Shown here in pieces: positions 28,087-38,472 of a DNA stretch of 64,000 nucleotides. The translations under genes and the position numbers were made by a program. The DNA lies in assembly GCA_900552555.1 (NCBI GenBank), contig URZW01000007.1, forward strand, positions 1,580-65,579, read 5' to 3'. The notes below the pieces were generated by a model. The model worked only from the letters and a program-made list of their open reading frames with translations, was not told the origin of the DNA and did no database searches. Source of the stretch: an uncultured Clostridium sp. (GTDB lineage Bacteria; Bacillota; Clostridia; TANB77; CAG-508). Each line of letters starts with the position of its first letter. Position 1 is the first letter of the stretch.

Positions 28087-28518
28087 ATGTTAGTAAAAGA
28101 GGAAAAAGGATTAACGGGTGTAGATATAGCAATTTCAATTGTTGTTATGACAATATTTATAGCTATGATAGCTAATTTGATAGCAAATATAAATTTGAAC
28201 ACACAAGATATAAAAAGAAAAGCAACAGCAACATCATATGCGATACAAGAAATTGAAAAAGTTAAAGCACAAGGTTACATAGATGATTATAATTCAAAAG
28301 GAATTGATAGTGAAGATGTATTAAAAGATGAAGATATCTACAGTAATTCTGAATTTTCGGGATATCACAAAAAAGTAACAATAAAGGATTATGTATTAGT
28401 AACAAATAATAAGAATAAAAAACAAGATGTTGTAAAAGAAATAATGGTGGAAATGTCTTATAAATTGGGAGGTAAAGATAAAAAAGTTACTATTACAACT
28501 TATGTTGCAAGAAAATAG
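28087..28518 (+). CDS. Minor pilin / pseudopilin-like protein
   Basis: The leader is MLVKEEKG|LTGVDIAISIVVMTIFIAMI, with an acidic residue at +5. Confidence 0.6.
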   Translation: MLVKEEKGLTGVDIAISIVVMTIFIAMIANLIANINLNTQDIKRKATATSYAIQEIEKVKAQGYIDDYNSKGIDSEDVLKDEDIYSNSEFSGYHKKVTIKDYVLVTNNKNKKQDVVKEIMVEMSYKLGGKDKKVTITTYVARK

Positions 28519-28520
28519 TT

Positions 28521-28740
28521 ACGGTTTTGTAATTATAATTTATAGAATATGATATTTTGAATATATTTCGAATGTGACCAAAATAGTGCTACAAATTCTT
28601 AAGTAAATACTCAAAAGGGTCCTGTATTCGGGTATTGTTTGAGTATTTACATTAGAATTTGTTAACATTATGTCGGAAACATGAGAAAAATATGAAAAAT
28701 ATCATTTATAAGTATTTTAACCAGTATCATTACTGAACTA
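28521..28740 (-). repeat. Long palindromic element, family PE-2, copy b (inverted relative to copy a)
   Basis: The reverse complement of 28551..28672 matches 8745..8866 with a few substitutions. A roughly 21-nt insertion lies near 28672..28692. Confidence 0.8.
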
Positions 28741-28817
28741 TAACTAAAAACATTTTAAATTTTTTGTATAATTTTATTTTATATGATATAATAAGCAAAA
28801 AAATAAGGAACCAAAAA

Positions 28818-29324
28818 ATGAAAGTATTATATAAAAATAAAACAAAATATACAAAAGAAACATATGCAAAATATCTACAATTTCATCAAAAAAAATTTGG
28901 AAATAGATACACTTTTACCACAATAATAACTATATTATTACTATGCTTTTGTATCATTACAAATTTACAATATTATAACAAACCATTAGCTTTTATATTA
29001 TTAATTGTTTTACTAATTTTCTGTTCTTATAGATTTTTTCACCCAATAAAACTAGTAAAAAAAGAATTAAAAACAGAAAAATTCGAAAAAGAAAAAGAAT
29101 TCACATTTAAATTCTATGAAAAATTTTTTACAATTTCCGATACAAAAAATTTAGAAAAAATAAGATATTGGCAATTGCATAAAATATACGAAACAGAAGC
29201 TTTTTTCTACATTTATATAGATAAAAGTCATGCTTTCCTATTAGACAAATCAACATTTACTAAATGTAATGTATCAGAATTCTTAAAATTTATAAAAAGA
29301 AAAATTTGGTTTAAAATACTATAA
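28818..29324 (+). CDS. YcxB-like membrane protein
   Basis: Two TM helices are followed by FTFKFYEKFFTISD..WQLHKIYETEAFFYIYIDKSHAFLLDK, which resembles YcxB. The start is at MKVLYKNK. Confidence 0.55.
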   Translation: MKVLYKNKTKYTKETYAKYLQFHQKKFGNRYTFTTIITILLLCFCIITNLQYYNKPLAFILLIVLLIFCSYRFFHPIKLVKKELKTEKFEKEKEFTFKFYEKFFTISDTKNLEKIRYWQLHKIYETEAFFYIYIDKSHAFLLDKSTFTKCNVSEFLKFIKRKIWFKIL

Positions 29325-29380
29325 ATTTTTAGATATTTTCGGAATCCAATTCCAAAAATATCTAAAATCTCCATAATTGA

Positions 29381-29411
29381 AAAAAGATGAAGTCACCCCT
29401 CATCTTTTTTT
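29381..29411. terminator. Bidirectional terminator
   Basis: AAAAAGATGA-AGTCACCCC-TCATCTTTTT. Confidence 0.7.
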
Positions 29412-29415
29412 ACAT

Positions 29416-31227
29416 TTACTCACCTTCAAAAATTCTTTCAAATTCATCAGCTTCAATTTTCTCTTTTTCAAGTAAAACTGCAGCAACCGCATGTAATTTA
29501 TCAACATGGTCTGTAAGAATTTGTTTAGCTCTGTTATAGCCTTTATCAATAATAGCCTTTGTTTCCTCATCTATTATACCTGCTGTTTCCTCTGAATATT
29601 CTTTAGATTGAGCAAAATCTCTACCCAAGAACACTTCACTTTGATCAGAACCAAGCATTAATGTTCCTATTCTTTCACTCATACCATATTTTGTAACCAT
29701 GCTTCTAGCAATTTTTGTTGCTCTTTCTATATCATTACTTGCCCCTGTTGAAACATCATTTAATATTAATGCTTCTGCAACTCTACCACCTAAAAGAGAT
29801 ACAATATTTTCTTCCATTTCTGTTTTTGACATAAAGTTTTTATCTTCTGTTGGTCTATACATTGTATAACCACCAGCCATGCCTCTTGGTACAATTGATA
29901 TTTGATGTACTGGGTCTTGTGTTTCTAAGTAATGACTTACTACTGCGTGACCGGCTTCATGGTATGATACAAGTCTATTTTCTTTTTCACTTCTAACTCT
30001 TGTTTTCTTTTCAGGTCCCATAGTTACTTTAACCATAGCATCTTCAATTTCTTTCATTCCAATTTCAGTTAGATTTCTTCTTGCTGCAAGTAATGCCGCT
30101 TCATTTAATACATTTTCTAGGTCCGCACCTGCAAATCCAGATGTATTTTTTGCAATTACTTTTAAGTCAACATCGTCTGCTAATCTTTTCTTTCTAGAAT
30201 GAACCTCTAATATTTGCTCTCTTGCTTTAACATCAGGAGCTCCAACAACTATTTGTCTGTCAAATCTTCCTGCTCTTAATAAGGCTTTGTCTAATACATC
30301 AGGTCTATTTGTTGCTGCTAAAACGATAACACCTTCATTATCTGAGAAACCATCCATTTCAACTAATAATTGATTTAATGTTTGTTCCCTTTCATCATGT
30401 CCACCGCCTAGGCCAGCACCCCTTTGACGTCCAACTGCATCAATTTCATCTATAAATATGATACATGGTGCATTTTTCTTAGCTTGTTCAAATAAATCCC
30501 TAACTCTTGAAGCACCAACACCAACAAACATTTCAACAAAGTCTGAACCACTTATAATAAAGAATGGTACACCAGCTTCACCTGCAACTGCTTTTGCAAG
30601 TAATGTTTTACCAGTTCCTGGTTGACCTACTAATAAAACACCTTTTGGTATTCTTGCTCCCATATCTGTAAATTTCTTTGGATTTCTTAAAAATTCAACA
30701 ATTTCTTGTAATTCTTCTTTTTCTTCGTCAACACCTGCAACATCGTCAAAAGAAATTTTATTTCTGTCTGCTGGTGTCATCATTCTAGCTTTGCTCTTAC
30801 CAAATGACATTGATTTTCCACCATTTTGTCCATTTGCTGCTCCACCCATCATAAAGAACCAGAATATAAAGAATATTATCAAAATTCCAAATGGTGTAAG
30901 TAAACCTAATATAATTGATAATACTGATTCAGAACTTTCTTCTAAAGTGAATGCTCCATTTTTAATAAATTCATCAGTATAATTCATAAAGTTTTCCATA
31001 TTTGGAATATTTACTTGTTTTTTTATTTTATCATCAGATAGTTGAACCGTTGCAGAAGTTCCATCTGCATCTATAACTATTGACTCTACTTTTCCCTCAT
31101 TTATCTTCGCAATTAATTCTGAATATTTTAGTTTTGTATTTGTGTTTGTCATTATTGATGACAACAATACTATAAATATTACTCCGATTATTAGCCACAT
31201 TGCTAATGTTTTAATTCCGTTTTTCAA
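29416..31227 (-). CDS. ftsH: ATP-dependent zinc metalloprotease FtsH (paralogue 2)
   Basis: [17 protein letters not shown] and HEAGHAVV motifs are present. It lies downstream of tilS, as is canonical. Confidence 0.92.
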   Translation of the reverse strand: MKNGIKTLAMWLIIGVIFIVLLSSIMTNTNTKLKYSELIAKINEGKVESIVIDADGTSATVQLSDDKIKKQVNIPNMENFMNYTDEFIKNGAFTLEESSESVLSIILGLLTPFGILIIFFIFWFFMMGGAANGQNGGKSMSFGKSKARMMTPADRNKISFDDVAGVDEEKEELQEIVEFLRNPKKFTDMGARIPKGVLLVGQPGTGKTLLAKAVAGEAGVPFFIISGSDFVEMFVGVGASRVRDLFEQAKKNAPCIIFIDEIDAVGRQRGAGLGGGHDEREQTLNQLLVEMDGFSDNEGVIVLAATNRPDVLDKALLRAGRFDRQIVVGAPDVKAREQILEVHSRKKRLADDVDLKVIAKNTSGFAGADLENVLNEAALLAARRNLTEIGMKEIEDAMVKVTMGPEKKTRVRSEKENRLVSYHEAGHAVVSHYLETQDPVHQISIVPRGMAGGYTMYRPTEDKNFMSKTEMEENIVSLLGGRVAEALILNDVSTGASNDIERATKIARSMVTKYGMSERIGTLMLGSDQSEVFLGRDFAQSKEYSEETAGIIDEETKAIIDKGYNRAKQILTDHVDKLHAVAAVLLEKEKIEADEFERIFEGE

Positions 31228-31491
31228 AATAATTCCTCCTTCTGCTTACTTTTAATAATTTTACTTTTGCAATCAATCTTTTTTTTTATTTCTTTTAGCA
31301 AAATATACTAAAGTTTTGCACTACTATCAACTATAAAAATTTTATAACACATATATTTTGGTTTTGCAAGAATTTTTGTATTACTTTTTTATTACAAAAA
31401 ACTGTTGACTTTCTAAGCATTACGGATAGTCAACTTATGACAAATTATAGTTTATAAAATAAATTTTATTATTTTTTAAGCAATTTTATTA

Positions 31492-32520
31492 TTACATCAA
31501 ATTTATAAAATAAATTTTTTGATTTTTTACTAAAACTTTTATATTTTTATTTGGAGTTAGATATTTATTACCTATATTTTTTTTACATAATTTTATAATA
31601 TCTTCTATATGTATTTTTTCTATTCCTTTTGTTGTTCCCAAAAGTCTTGATATAGTATATAACAAAAGTCTTGATTTTATAACCTTTTCTTGCTTGTTAA
31701 AACCTTTTAAATCCATTACAATTTGTTTTTTTTCTTCATGTTGCACATATTCTTTATACTTTTCTTCAACAACTTTTTCTAAATATTCATCTTCCTCTTT
31801 TACTAAATCTGATAGTCTATCCATTGTTTGAATTATATTTGGATTAAATTCTTCTTTAATGAATGGAATAACAATATTTCTTACTTTATTTCTAGTATAA
31901 ACATTTTCAAAATTTGTTCTATCAATTCTTGGTTCAATTCCATTTTGAGCACAATATTCTTCTATTTCAAATCTTTCACACTCAATTAAAGGTCGTATAT
32001 ATTTGTTATTCTTTATTGGTTCAATTCCCTTCAAACCTGCTATTCCGCTACCTCTTAGCATATTCATAATAATAGTTTCTATTTTATCATTTTTATTATG
32101 AGCAATAGCAATTTTATTTGCATTCTCTTTTTCCAAAATTTCATCAAAAAATTCATATCTTGCATTTCTTCCCGCTTCTTCTGTTCCTATTTTTTTATTA
32201 TTAGCAATTTTTTGAACATCTATACTTTTTGCATAAAAAGTAACTCCTATTTTTTTGCAAAAATTTTCAACAAATTTTTGATCATCTATTGCTTCTTCCC
32301 TTATCATATGATTCACATGTGCAACTATTATATCAAAGTTCATGTGTTGTTTTTTGTCATTTCTTATGTCATTTAAAATATTTAACATAGCAATAGAGTC
32401 CGGTCCTCCTGAAACACCAAGAACCAGCCTATCTCCATCTTTTATTAAATTATATTTTTTTATTGTTTCCAAAACTTCTGTCAATAGGGACGCCCCTTTT
32501 TGACAACTTTTCTTTTCCAT
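31492..32520 (-). CDS. tilS: tRNA(Ile)-lysidine synthase
   Basis: The PP-loop LVLGVSGGPDS is present. The start ATG 32520 gives MEKKSCQKGASLLTEV, in which residues 5-14 are encoded by a REP C unit. Confidence 0.8.
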   Translation of the reverse strand: MEKKSCQKGASLLTEVLETIKKYNLIKDGDRLVLGVSGGPDSIAMLNILNDIRNDKKQHMNFDIIVAHVNHMIREEAIDDQKFVENFCKKIGVTFYAKSIDVQKIANNKKIGTEEAGRNARYEFFDEILEKENANKIAIAHNKNDKIETIIMNMLRGSGIAGLKGIEPIKNNKYIRPLIECERFEIEEYCAQNGIEPRIDRTNFENVYTRNKVRNIVIPFIKEEFNPNIIQTMDRLSDLVKEEDEYLEKVVEEKYKEYVQHEEKKQIVMDLKGFNKQEKVIKSRLLLYTISRLLGTTKGIEKIHIEDIIKLCKKNIGNKYLTPNKNIKVLVKNQKIYFINLM

Positions 32521-32573
32521 TTGACTATCATTCCTTTCTGTCAATAGGGACGCCCCTTTTTGACAACTTTTCT
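32476..32573 (+). repeat. Two tandem REP family C units (identical 38-mers, 60-nt period)
   Basis: TTCTGTCAATAGGGACGCCCCTTTTTGACAACTTTTCT occurs at 32476..32513 and again at 32536..32573. Confidence 0.9.
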
Positions 32574-33309
32574 ATTTTAATTCTTTTGCTATATTTCGTA
32601 CAGTTTCTCTTCCTACATTTATGTATATAGATATTTGCCTTAATGAAAGACCATAATACTCTTTTAACATATTAATTATCTCTTTTAAATTCTTTCTCTC
32701 ATTTTTCAAAGTATCAAAATTAATATTATTAATTTTCATATACTCTTCTATAGCATTTTTTATCTCTACTTCTTTTTCTTCTTCTATTTCTAAAAAATTT
32801 TCTTTCTTATCTAAAATATCTTCTTTTATCAATAGCCCATTGATATTTCGTTGAATTTCTTCCATATTTTTTATATATTCGTTGTAACTTGAATACTCAT
32901 ATTCAGATGCTAACCTACAAATACCTGCTTTTACAGGATTATTATGTATATAATTTATACATGTATACAATTGTTTTTCCGAATAAATTACCTGACTTTT
33001 ATATCTATCTCTAAATACATAACCTACCCTGTTATATTTTTTATTGTAATACATCGCATATAAAGTATTTACCTTATGCATAAAACGACTTAAGCATTCT
33101 ATATATTCTTCTTTTATCAATATGTGAACATGATTATCCATGATACAATATGAAACAATATAAACATCAATTTCCTTTTTTACTTTATTAATAAATTTTA
33201 AATATTGCCTTTTATCTTCAACCTCATTAAGAATATACTCCTTATTTATTCCTTGAACCACGATATGATAAAAAAACATATTAGTACATTTTCTTGGACC
33301 TCTTGCCAT
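32572..33309 (-). CDS. REP-associated tyrosine transposase (RAYT)-like HUH/Y1 protein with C-terminal HTH
   Basis: The HUH motif lies in IMDNHVHILIKE and the Tyr motif in GYVFRDRYKSQVI. The C-terminal tail is LSLRQISIYINVGRETVRNIAKELK. An AGGAGG RBS precedes ATG 33309. Confidence 0.75.
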   Translation of the reverse strand: MARGPRKCTNMFFYHIVVQGINKEYILNEVEDKRQYLKFINKVKKEIDVYIVSYCIMDNHVHILIKEEYIECLSRFMHKVNTLYAMYYNKKYNRVGYVFRDRYKSQVIYSEKQLYTCINYIHNNPVKAGICRLASEYEYSSYNEYIKNMEEIQRNINGLLIKEDILDKKENFLEIEEEKEVEIKNAIEEYMKINNINFDTLKNERKNLKEIINMLKEYYGLSLRQISIYINVGRETVRNIAKELK

Positions 33310-33408
33310 ATTTTCCTCCTTACTTCTTAAGGTCCCACAAAATTTATCCCCCAAAATGTATTTACATAATACTATATTCTTTTATAAAAGTCAATCATAA
33401 AAGTAAAA

Positions 33409-33439
33409 GTTGTCAAAAAGGGGCGTCCCTATTGACAAC
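33409..33439 (-). repeat. REP family C unit, inverted relative to 32476..32573
   Basis: GTTGTCAAAAAGGGGCGTCCCTATTGACAAC is the exact reverse complement of the 15204 unit. It shares one base with the dnaB stop codon. Confidence 0.9.
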
Positions 33440-34773
33440 TAATCATTATATCTTCTTTCCAAATTAACAAATTTTGTATAACTTCCAAGCCATCCTAAAT
33501 CCACAGTTCCAGTTGAACCACCTCTGTGTTTAGCAATAATGACTTCTGCCACATTTTTCTTTTCGCTATCTTCATTATAATAATCGTCTCTATATAAAAA
33601 CATAACAATATCAGCATCTTGTTCAATAGCTCCAGATTCACGCAAATCTGAAAGCATAGGTCTATGATCAGGCCTTTGTTCAACAGCTCTTGACAACTGT
33701 GAAAGTGCAATTACAGGCACATTTAATTCTTTTGCAAGAATTTTTAAAGATCTACTTATTTCTGATATTTCTTGTTCACGGCTAGCGTTACGCTTATTAC
33801 TTCCTTGTACCAATTGCAAGTAATCTATTACAACTAAACCAATATTTTTTTCTAATTTTAGTTTTCTACATTTAGCTCTTATTTCCATTACAGATATACC
33901 TGGTGTATCATCTATGTAAATTCCTGTTTCTGAAAGCGGGCCAATTGCTTCTGCTAATTTTCCCCAATCTTCATCTTCCAACTTACCTGTTCTGACTTTA
34001 TTACTATCAACCATGGCTTCACTACATAAAATTCTGTTTACCAATTGTTCTTTTGACATCTCCAAACTGAATATTGCCACTGGTGTATTTCCTCTTACTG
34101 CTGCATTTGTAGCAATATTTAATGCAAATGCAGATTTACCCATTGCAGGTCTTGCAGCAACTAATATAAGTTCTGAGCCATGTAAACCTGCTGTTCTGTA
34201 ATCCAAGTCTGAGAATCCTGTTGGAACACCTGTTATATGTTGTTTTCTATTATATAACTCTTCCAATTGAGTAAAACTATCAACCAAAATATCTTTTATA
34301 GGTGCATATCCTTTTTGATTTTTATCTTGCATTATATTAAAAATCTTCTTTTCCGCACCTTCCATAATATCTTCAACATCTTCTGTTGGGTCATATCCTA
34401 AATCTATTATTTCATTTGCAGTTTTTATCAAATTTCTTAATACAGATTTTTCTTCAACAATTTTAATATATTTAGTTGCATTTGCCGTTGTTGGAACCTT
34501 TTCAGGTAATTCTGCCAAATATTCAAAACCACCTACTTGCTCAAATTTTCCCATTGATTCTAATTCGGATTTTAATGTTATTAAATCAATTGGCTCTGCT
34601 CTGTTATACAAGTTCAACATTGCTGAATATATTATTCTATTATCTTCTCTATAAAAATCTTCTTCCTTTAAAACTTCTATACTACTTGCCACAGCTTCTT
34701 TATCTGTAAGCATACTTCCTATTACTGCTTGCTCTGCTTCTACATCATGTGGTGGTATCTTTCCTATGTCCAT
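33439..34773 (-). CDS. dnaB: Replicative DNA helicase
   Basis: Walker A ARPAMGKSAF is present. The 444-aa product follows rplI, as is usual in Firmicutes. Confidence 0.95.
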   Translation of the reverse strand: MDIGKIPPHDVEAEQAVIGSMLTDKEAVASSIEVLKEEDFYREDNRIIYSAMLNLYNRAEPIDLITLKSELESMGKFEQVGGFEYLAELPEKVPTTANATKYIKIVEEKSVLRNLIKTANEIIDLGYDPTEDVEDIMEGAEKKIFNIMQDKNQKGYAPIKDILVDSFTQLEELYNRKQHITGVPTGFSDLDYRTAGLHGSELILVAARPAMGKSAFALNIATNAAVRGNTPVAIFSLEMSKEQLVNRILCSEAMVDSNKVRTGKLEDEDWGKLAEAIGPLSETGIYIDDTPGISVMEIRAKCRKLKLEKNIGLVVIDYLQLVQGSNKRNASREQEISEISRSLKILAKELNVPVIALSQLSRAVEQRPDHRPMLSDLRESGAIEQDADIVMFLYRDDYYNEDSEKKNVAEVIIAKHRGGSTGTVDLGWLGSYTKFVNLERRYND

Positions 34774-34869
34774 TGCTATTCCCCCAAAAAAATTTGTTAA
34801 TTTTTATTAATTAATGTTTTATTGTAATTTGATAATATATTTTTTGTCATACCGCGTAAGCAACCAAAA

Positions 34870-35316
34870 TTACTCAGAAATTATATCTACTTTTACTTTT
34901 CCAATTACTCCCTCAAATAATTTAATATCAACAGTAACTGTCCCTAAAGTTTTTATTGTTTCTTTTAAATCAATTTTCTTTTTATCAACTTTTATCTGAT
35001 ATTGTTTTTCCAAATTTTCCGCTATATCTTTTGAAGAAACTCCACCAAATATTTTTCCATTTGCACCTGATTTTACTTTTATTTTTAATAAAATTTTTGA
35101 TAATTTGTCTGCTGTTCTTTCCGCTTCTTCTTTTTCTTGTGATTTTTTAAATGCTTTTGAATCTTGCATTCCCTTTAGTTTGCTCATGTTCTCTGCATTT
35201 GCTTCTACTGCTAAATTTTTTGGAAATAAAAAGTTTCTAGCATATCCATCTGATGCATTTATTACTTGGTCTTTTTTTCCTACTCCTTTTATATCTGCTT
35301 TTAATATTACTTTCAT
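34870..35316 (-). CDS. rplI: 50S ribosomal protein L9
   Basis: Begins MKVILKADIKGVGKKDQVINASDGYARNFLFP. Confidence 0.92.
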   Translation of the reverse strand: MKVILKADIKGVGKKDQVINASDGYARNFLFPKNLAVEANAENMSKLKGMQDSKAFKKSQEKEEAERTADKLSKILLKIKVKSGANGKIFGGVSSKDIAENLEKQYQIKVDKKKIDLKETIKTLGTVTVDIKLFEGVIGKVKVDIISE

Positions 35317-35416
35317 TAAAATCACAACCTTTCGCTTTTTTCTAACTTTATATAGTTTACACTATTTTTGAGGATTTTTCAACCGAACACAGTAACTTTT
35401 GTTTAATACATAAAGT

Positions 35417-35451
35417 AAAAAATACTAGAGTTTGCCGACTCTAGTATTTTT
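35417..35451. terminator. Terminator hairpin between gdpP and rplI
   Basis: AAAAATACTAGAG-TTTGCCGAC-TCTAGTATTTTT. Confidence 0.65.
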
Positions 35452-35510
35452 GTCATTTTTACAAATAAAAATTTCCTTAAAATTTTATTTTAGAAATGAT
35501 TTTTCATTTT

Positions 35511-37529
35511 CTAATTTTCTATTTCTGTAAAATACTCATTAATTCTAATAATCAATTCCTGTTTAACTTCTTCAATAGTCATGCCCTCAACTTGTGCGCC
35601 AGCCAAAGTAATATGACCACCACCACCAAGTTTTTCCAAGATAACTTGAACATTAATATCTCCAATAGAACGACCACTAATGCAGATTTTTTCACCTGTA
35701 TCACCTAAAACAAATGACGCCGTAACATCACTTATTGTAAGTAATTCGTCTGCTGCCTTAGCACACAATAAACTGATATCTTTAGATTTTTCAGTATCAC
35801 ATAAAGCAATTGCTATTGAATCATTAACAATTTCCGCTTTTTTAACTATATCTGCTATTTTATTAAATGATTCTAAGTCACTTTGGAACCATTTCTTAAC
35901 TCTTATAATGTCAACACCACATCTTCTTAAATATGCTGCTGCCTCAAAAGTTCTAACACCTGTTTTAAATGTAAAACTCTTTGTATCCATCATAATACCT
36001 GCATATAATGCTTCAGCTTCTATTTTCTTTAATTCAACATTAACTTCTGCATATTGTAATAACTCTGTTACAAGCTCTGCAGCTGATGAAGCATACACTT
36101 CTTGGAATGTTAGTGTTGCATTTTCTATATAATCTGCACTTCTTCTATGATGATCTATAATAACTATTTTACTAGCCTTTTTCAACACTTCTTCAGATTC
36201 AACATAATTAACCTTGTGAGTATCTACAACCACCAATAAAGTATCTTCATCAATATTTTCTTCAGCTACTTCTTTGTTAATTATTACATCCTCATATTCT
36301 GGTTCTTCTTTTAAGCTCTCCATAAAGTTTTGTAGAGCAGGTCTATTATCTGCAATTATATATGCATTTTTATCTAAACTCTTAGCAAGTCTATATACAC
36401 CTATAGCAGACCCTATTGCATCTATATCAGGATTTGCATGTCCCATAACCATTACTTTGCTTGACTCTTTTATAAGATTCTCTAATGCATGTGCCACAAC
36501 TCTTGCCTTAACTTTAGTTCTTTTTTCAACTTCTTGTGACCTACCACCAAAGAATTTATAAATATCATTTTGCCTTACAACCGCTTGGTCTCCACCTCTA
36601 CCAAGTACAATATCCATTGCTGTTTGAGCTGATTTGTATTTGTCTTTGTCAACTTCACCTTCATTAGAAATTGCGATACTTAATGTAAATTGTATTTTTT
36701 GTTTTGGGTCAAGTTCTTTTATTTTATCTAAAATACTAAATTTATCTTCTTTAATTTTTTCCAAATACCTTTGTTCAAAAATGTAAATATATCTATCTCT
36801 GTCTGATTTTATCAATATACCATTTGTCTCATTTGTCCATTCATAAATTACTTTATCTATTTCTGCAATATATTGAGCTTTTTCCTCACTCTCTAGCATT
36901 TGCATATTTTCTTCATAATTATCTATCATGATAATTCCAACACATGATTTTGAATCATTATATTCATTTTGCAATTTGATATTTTCTGTTTCGTCTATAA
37001 AGTACAAAATTGCCATGTATTCATTTTTTTCATTTTTAGAATATCTTTTAGAATTGACAAATTTTCCAACCATTCTGTATTGTCTTTTATTCACTTGAAT
37101 ATTTTTTAATATTGATTTATCTGTATTATCTTTTTTATTTTTAATTTCCTCTTTTAAATCATATATTAAATCATTTACAAAAGTGTTTATATCTATATCT
37201 TCAAATTCTGTTGCAAATTTTGAACTTTTCCATACTACATTTCCATCTGTTTCTAATATGATTAGTGGAAATGGTGAATTTATTAAACTTGTTTTTGCAG
37301 CTGAATCTACAGTTAATGTTAAATCTTGGAGTGTTTCTGATATCTCACTTTTTCTTTTGTTGTTAGCAAAGTATGTGTATGCTAATATTAATACATATAG
37401 TGCAATTGCTGGTATTATTAGCATTTTGTTTTGCCAACATATTCCTATTAATAAGATTAGTATTATTATTAGGTATATTTTTGTTCTTGATACTAAATTA
37501 TCAAAAATTTTTTTATTACTTGTTTGCAT
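35511..37529 (-). CDS. gdpP: Cyclic-di-AMP phosphodiesterase GdpP (DHH/DHHA1)
   Basis: Two N-terminal TM segments and a PAS/GGDEF-like middle region are present. Motifs include GHANPDIDAIGS, IIDHHRR and GGGH. Confidence 0.88.
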   Translation of the reverse strand: MQTSNKKIFDNLVSRTKIYLIIILILLIGICWQNKMLIIPAIALYVLILAYTYFANNKRKSEISETLQDLTLTVDSAAKTSLINSPFPLIILETDGNVVWKSSKFATEFEDIDINTFVNDLIYDLKEEIKNKKDNTDKSILKNIQVNKRQYRMVGKFVNSKRYSKNEKNEYMAILYFIDETENIKLQNEYNDSKSCVGIIMIDNYEENMQMLESEEKAQYIAEIDKVIYEWTNETNGILIKSDRDRYIYIFEQRYLEKIKEDKFSILDKIKELDPKQKIQFTLSIAISNEGEVDKDKYKSAQTAMDIVLGRGGDQAVVRQNDIYKFFGGRSQEVEKRTKVKARVVAHALENLIKESSKVMVMGHANPDIDAIGSAIGVYRLAKSLDKNAYIIADNRPALQNFMESLKEEPEYEDVIINKEVAEENIDEDTLLVVVDTHKVNYVESEEVLKKASKIVIIDHHRRSADYIENATLTFQEVYASSAAELVTELLQYAEVNVELKKIEAEALYAGIMMDTKSFTFKTGVRTFEAAAYLRRCGVDIIRVKKWFQSDLESFNKIADIVKKAEIVNDSIAIALCDTEKSKDISLLCAKAADELLTISDVTASFVLGDTGEKICISGRSIGDINVQVILEKLGGGGHITLAGAQVEGMTIEEVKQELIIRINEYFTEIEN

Positions 37530-37656
37530 AAATCTCTCCTTTTACATCTTCTATTTTACTTCGGATTTGGAGATTTGTCAATAGAGCAAAAATAGCAATC
37601 AACGGCACAACGCCAGTTACCACAAGAGGAACAAAGTTAATTGTTCCTTTATTCGT

Positions 37657-38256
37657 TTATTTAATTCCATAAATATGTGATATATAGTGTCCTGTCCAAC
37701 CGTATAGATTTTCATAAGCAATATAAAAAGTATTTTTATTTATAAATCCAACATTCATTCTACTAGAATACGAAGAATTCGCAATTGCAGACATTTCTAT
37801 TGCTGGATAACCATAATTTTCCTTAATTAAATCTATCGGAAATAATGTCGAATGATATTCTGGAATTGTTGAACCAGTAAGATTTATAGCCGTTATTATT
37901 AAAACAAATTCATAATCCTCAATATTATAATTATTATTTGATTTACATCCGCCTGAACTTTGTTTATCCACTGTATTAACTGAGGTATTATATTTTCCTG
38001 ACCATAATAAATCTTTATGCGTAGCAAAAGACTCTCTATTACTTGCAACTGTATTAAAATCATCGATCTGAGATACATAATTATCTAATGTTTGATTTTC
38101 CTCTAATTGAGCATTTTGACTTTTTTCTTTAGCCTCTTTGGCCTTTTCAAAAATCCCTGTTTGTGTTAACACCATTATTGAAATTCCCGACAAAATAAGC
38201 AAAATTATTATTGTTACTACTAATGCAACCAATGTTATTCCTTTGTTTTCTTTCAT
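37657..38256 (-). CDS. Pilin-like protein with an unknown ~130-aa C-terminal domain
   Basis: The leader is MKENKG|ITLVALVVTIIILLILSGISI. It is followed by GIFEKAKEAKEKSQNAQLEENQTLDNY, which is paralogous to the pilin at 26916. Confidence 0.7.
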   Translation of the reverse strand: MKENKGITLVALVVTIIILLILSGISIMVLTQTGIFEKAKEAKEKSQNAQLEENQTLDNYVSQIDDFNTVASNRESFATHKDLLWSGKYNTSVNTVDKQSSGGCKSNNNYNIEDYEFVLIITAINLTGSTIPEYHSTLFPIDLIKENYGYPAIEMSAIANSSYSSRMNVGFINKNTFYIAYENLYGWTGHYISHIYGIK

Positions 38257-38415
38257 TTACCTTCTCCTTTGTTTCATACTCTTAGCACTATTTTAAAACA
38301 TATTGTTTTAAAAGTTAGTATAACAATTTGTTTTATTTTATAATCTTATTACTTAACTTGATAATATTTAAGAGAAAAACATATGCCATAAAAAATTAAA
38401 GGAGAAATTTAGCTA

Positions 38416-38472
38416 ATGAAAACTAGAATTAAAGATTTAAGAGAAGATAAAGATTTAACACAACAAGAACTG
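38416..38472 (+). pseudogene. 5' stub of an XRE-type HTH gene
   Basis: AAAGGAG RBS plus ATG encodes MKTRIKDLREDKDLTQQEL, a typical XRE N-terminus. The frame then runs into antisense MMPL sequence and terminates. Confidence 0.55.

Larger units (their letters stand above)
32476..33439 (-). mobile_element. REPtron-like unit (RAYT gene bracketed by inverted REPs)
   Basis: This is the combination of the three features above. No TnpB-like partner gene is present. Confidence 0.65.

Noticed and set aside
29416-31227. Two FtsH genes as evidence of a duplication artefact.
   Set aside because: The two sequences are clearly diverged paralogues in different contexts, and both retain their catalytic motifs. 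This is a common arrangement and I did not flag it further.
31404-31434. Inverted repeat GTTGACT...AGTCAAC upstream of ftsH as another REP member.
   Set aside because: It has no GGGACG loop and matches none of the three families. It is more likely promoter or operator sequence.
37570-37600. TTGTCAATAGAGCAAAAATAGCAATCAAC as a degenerate REP C copy.
   Set aside because: Only the first 10 nt match. The GGGACG core and the closing stem are absent.
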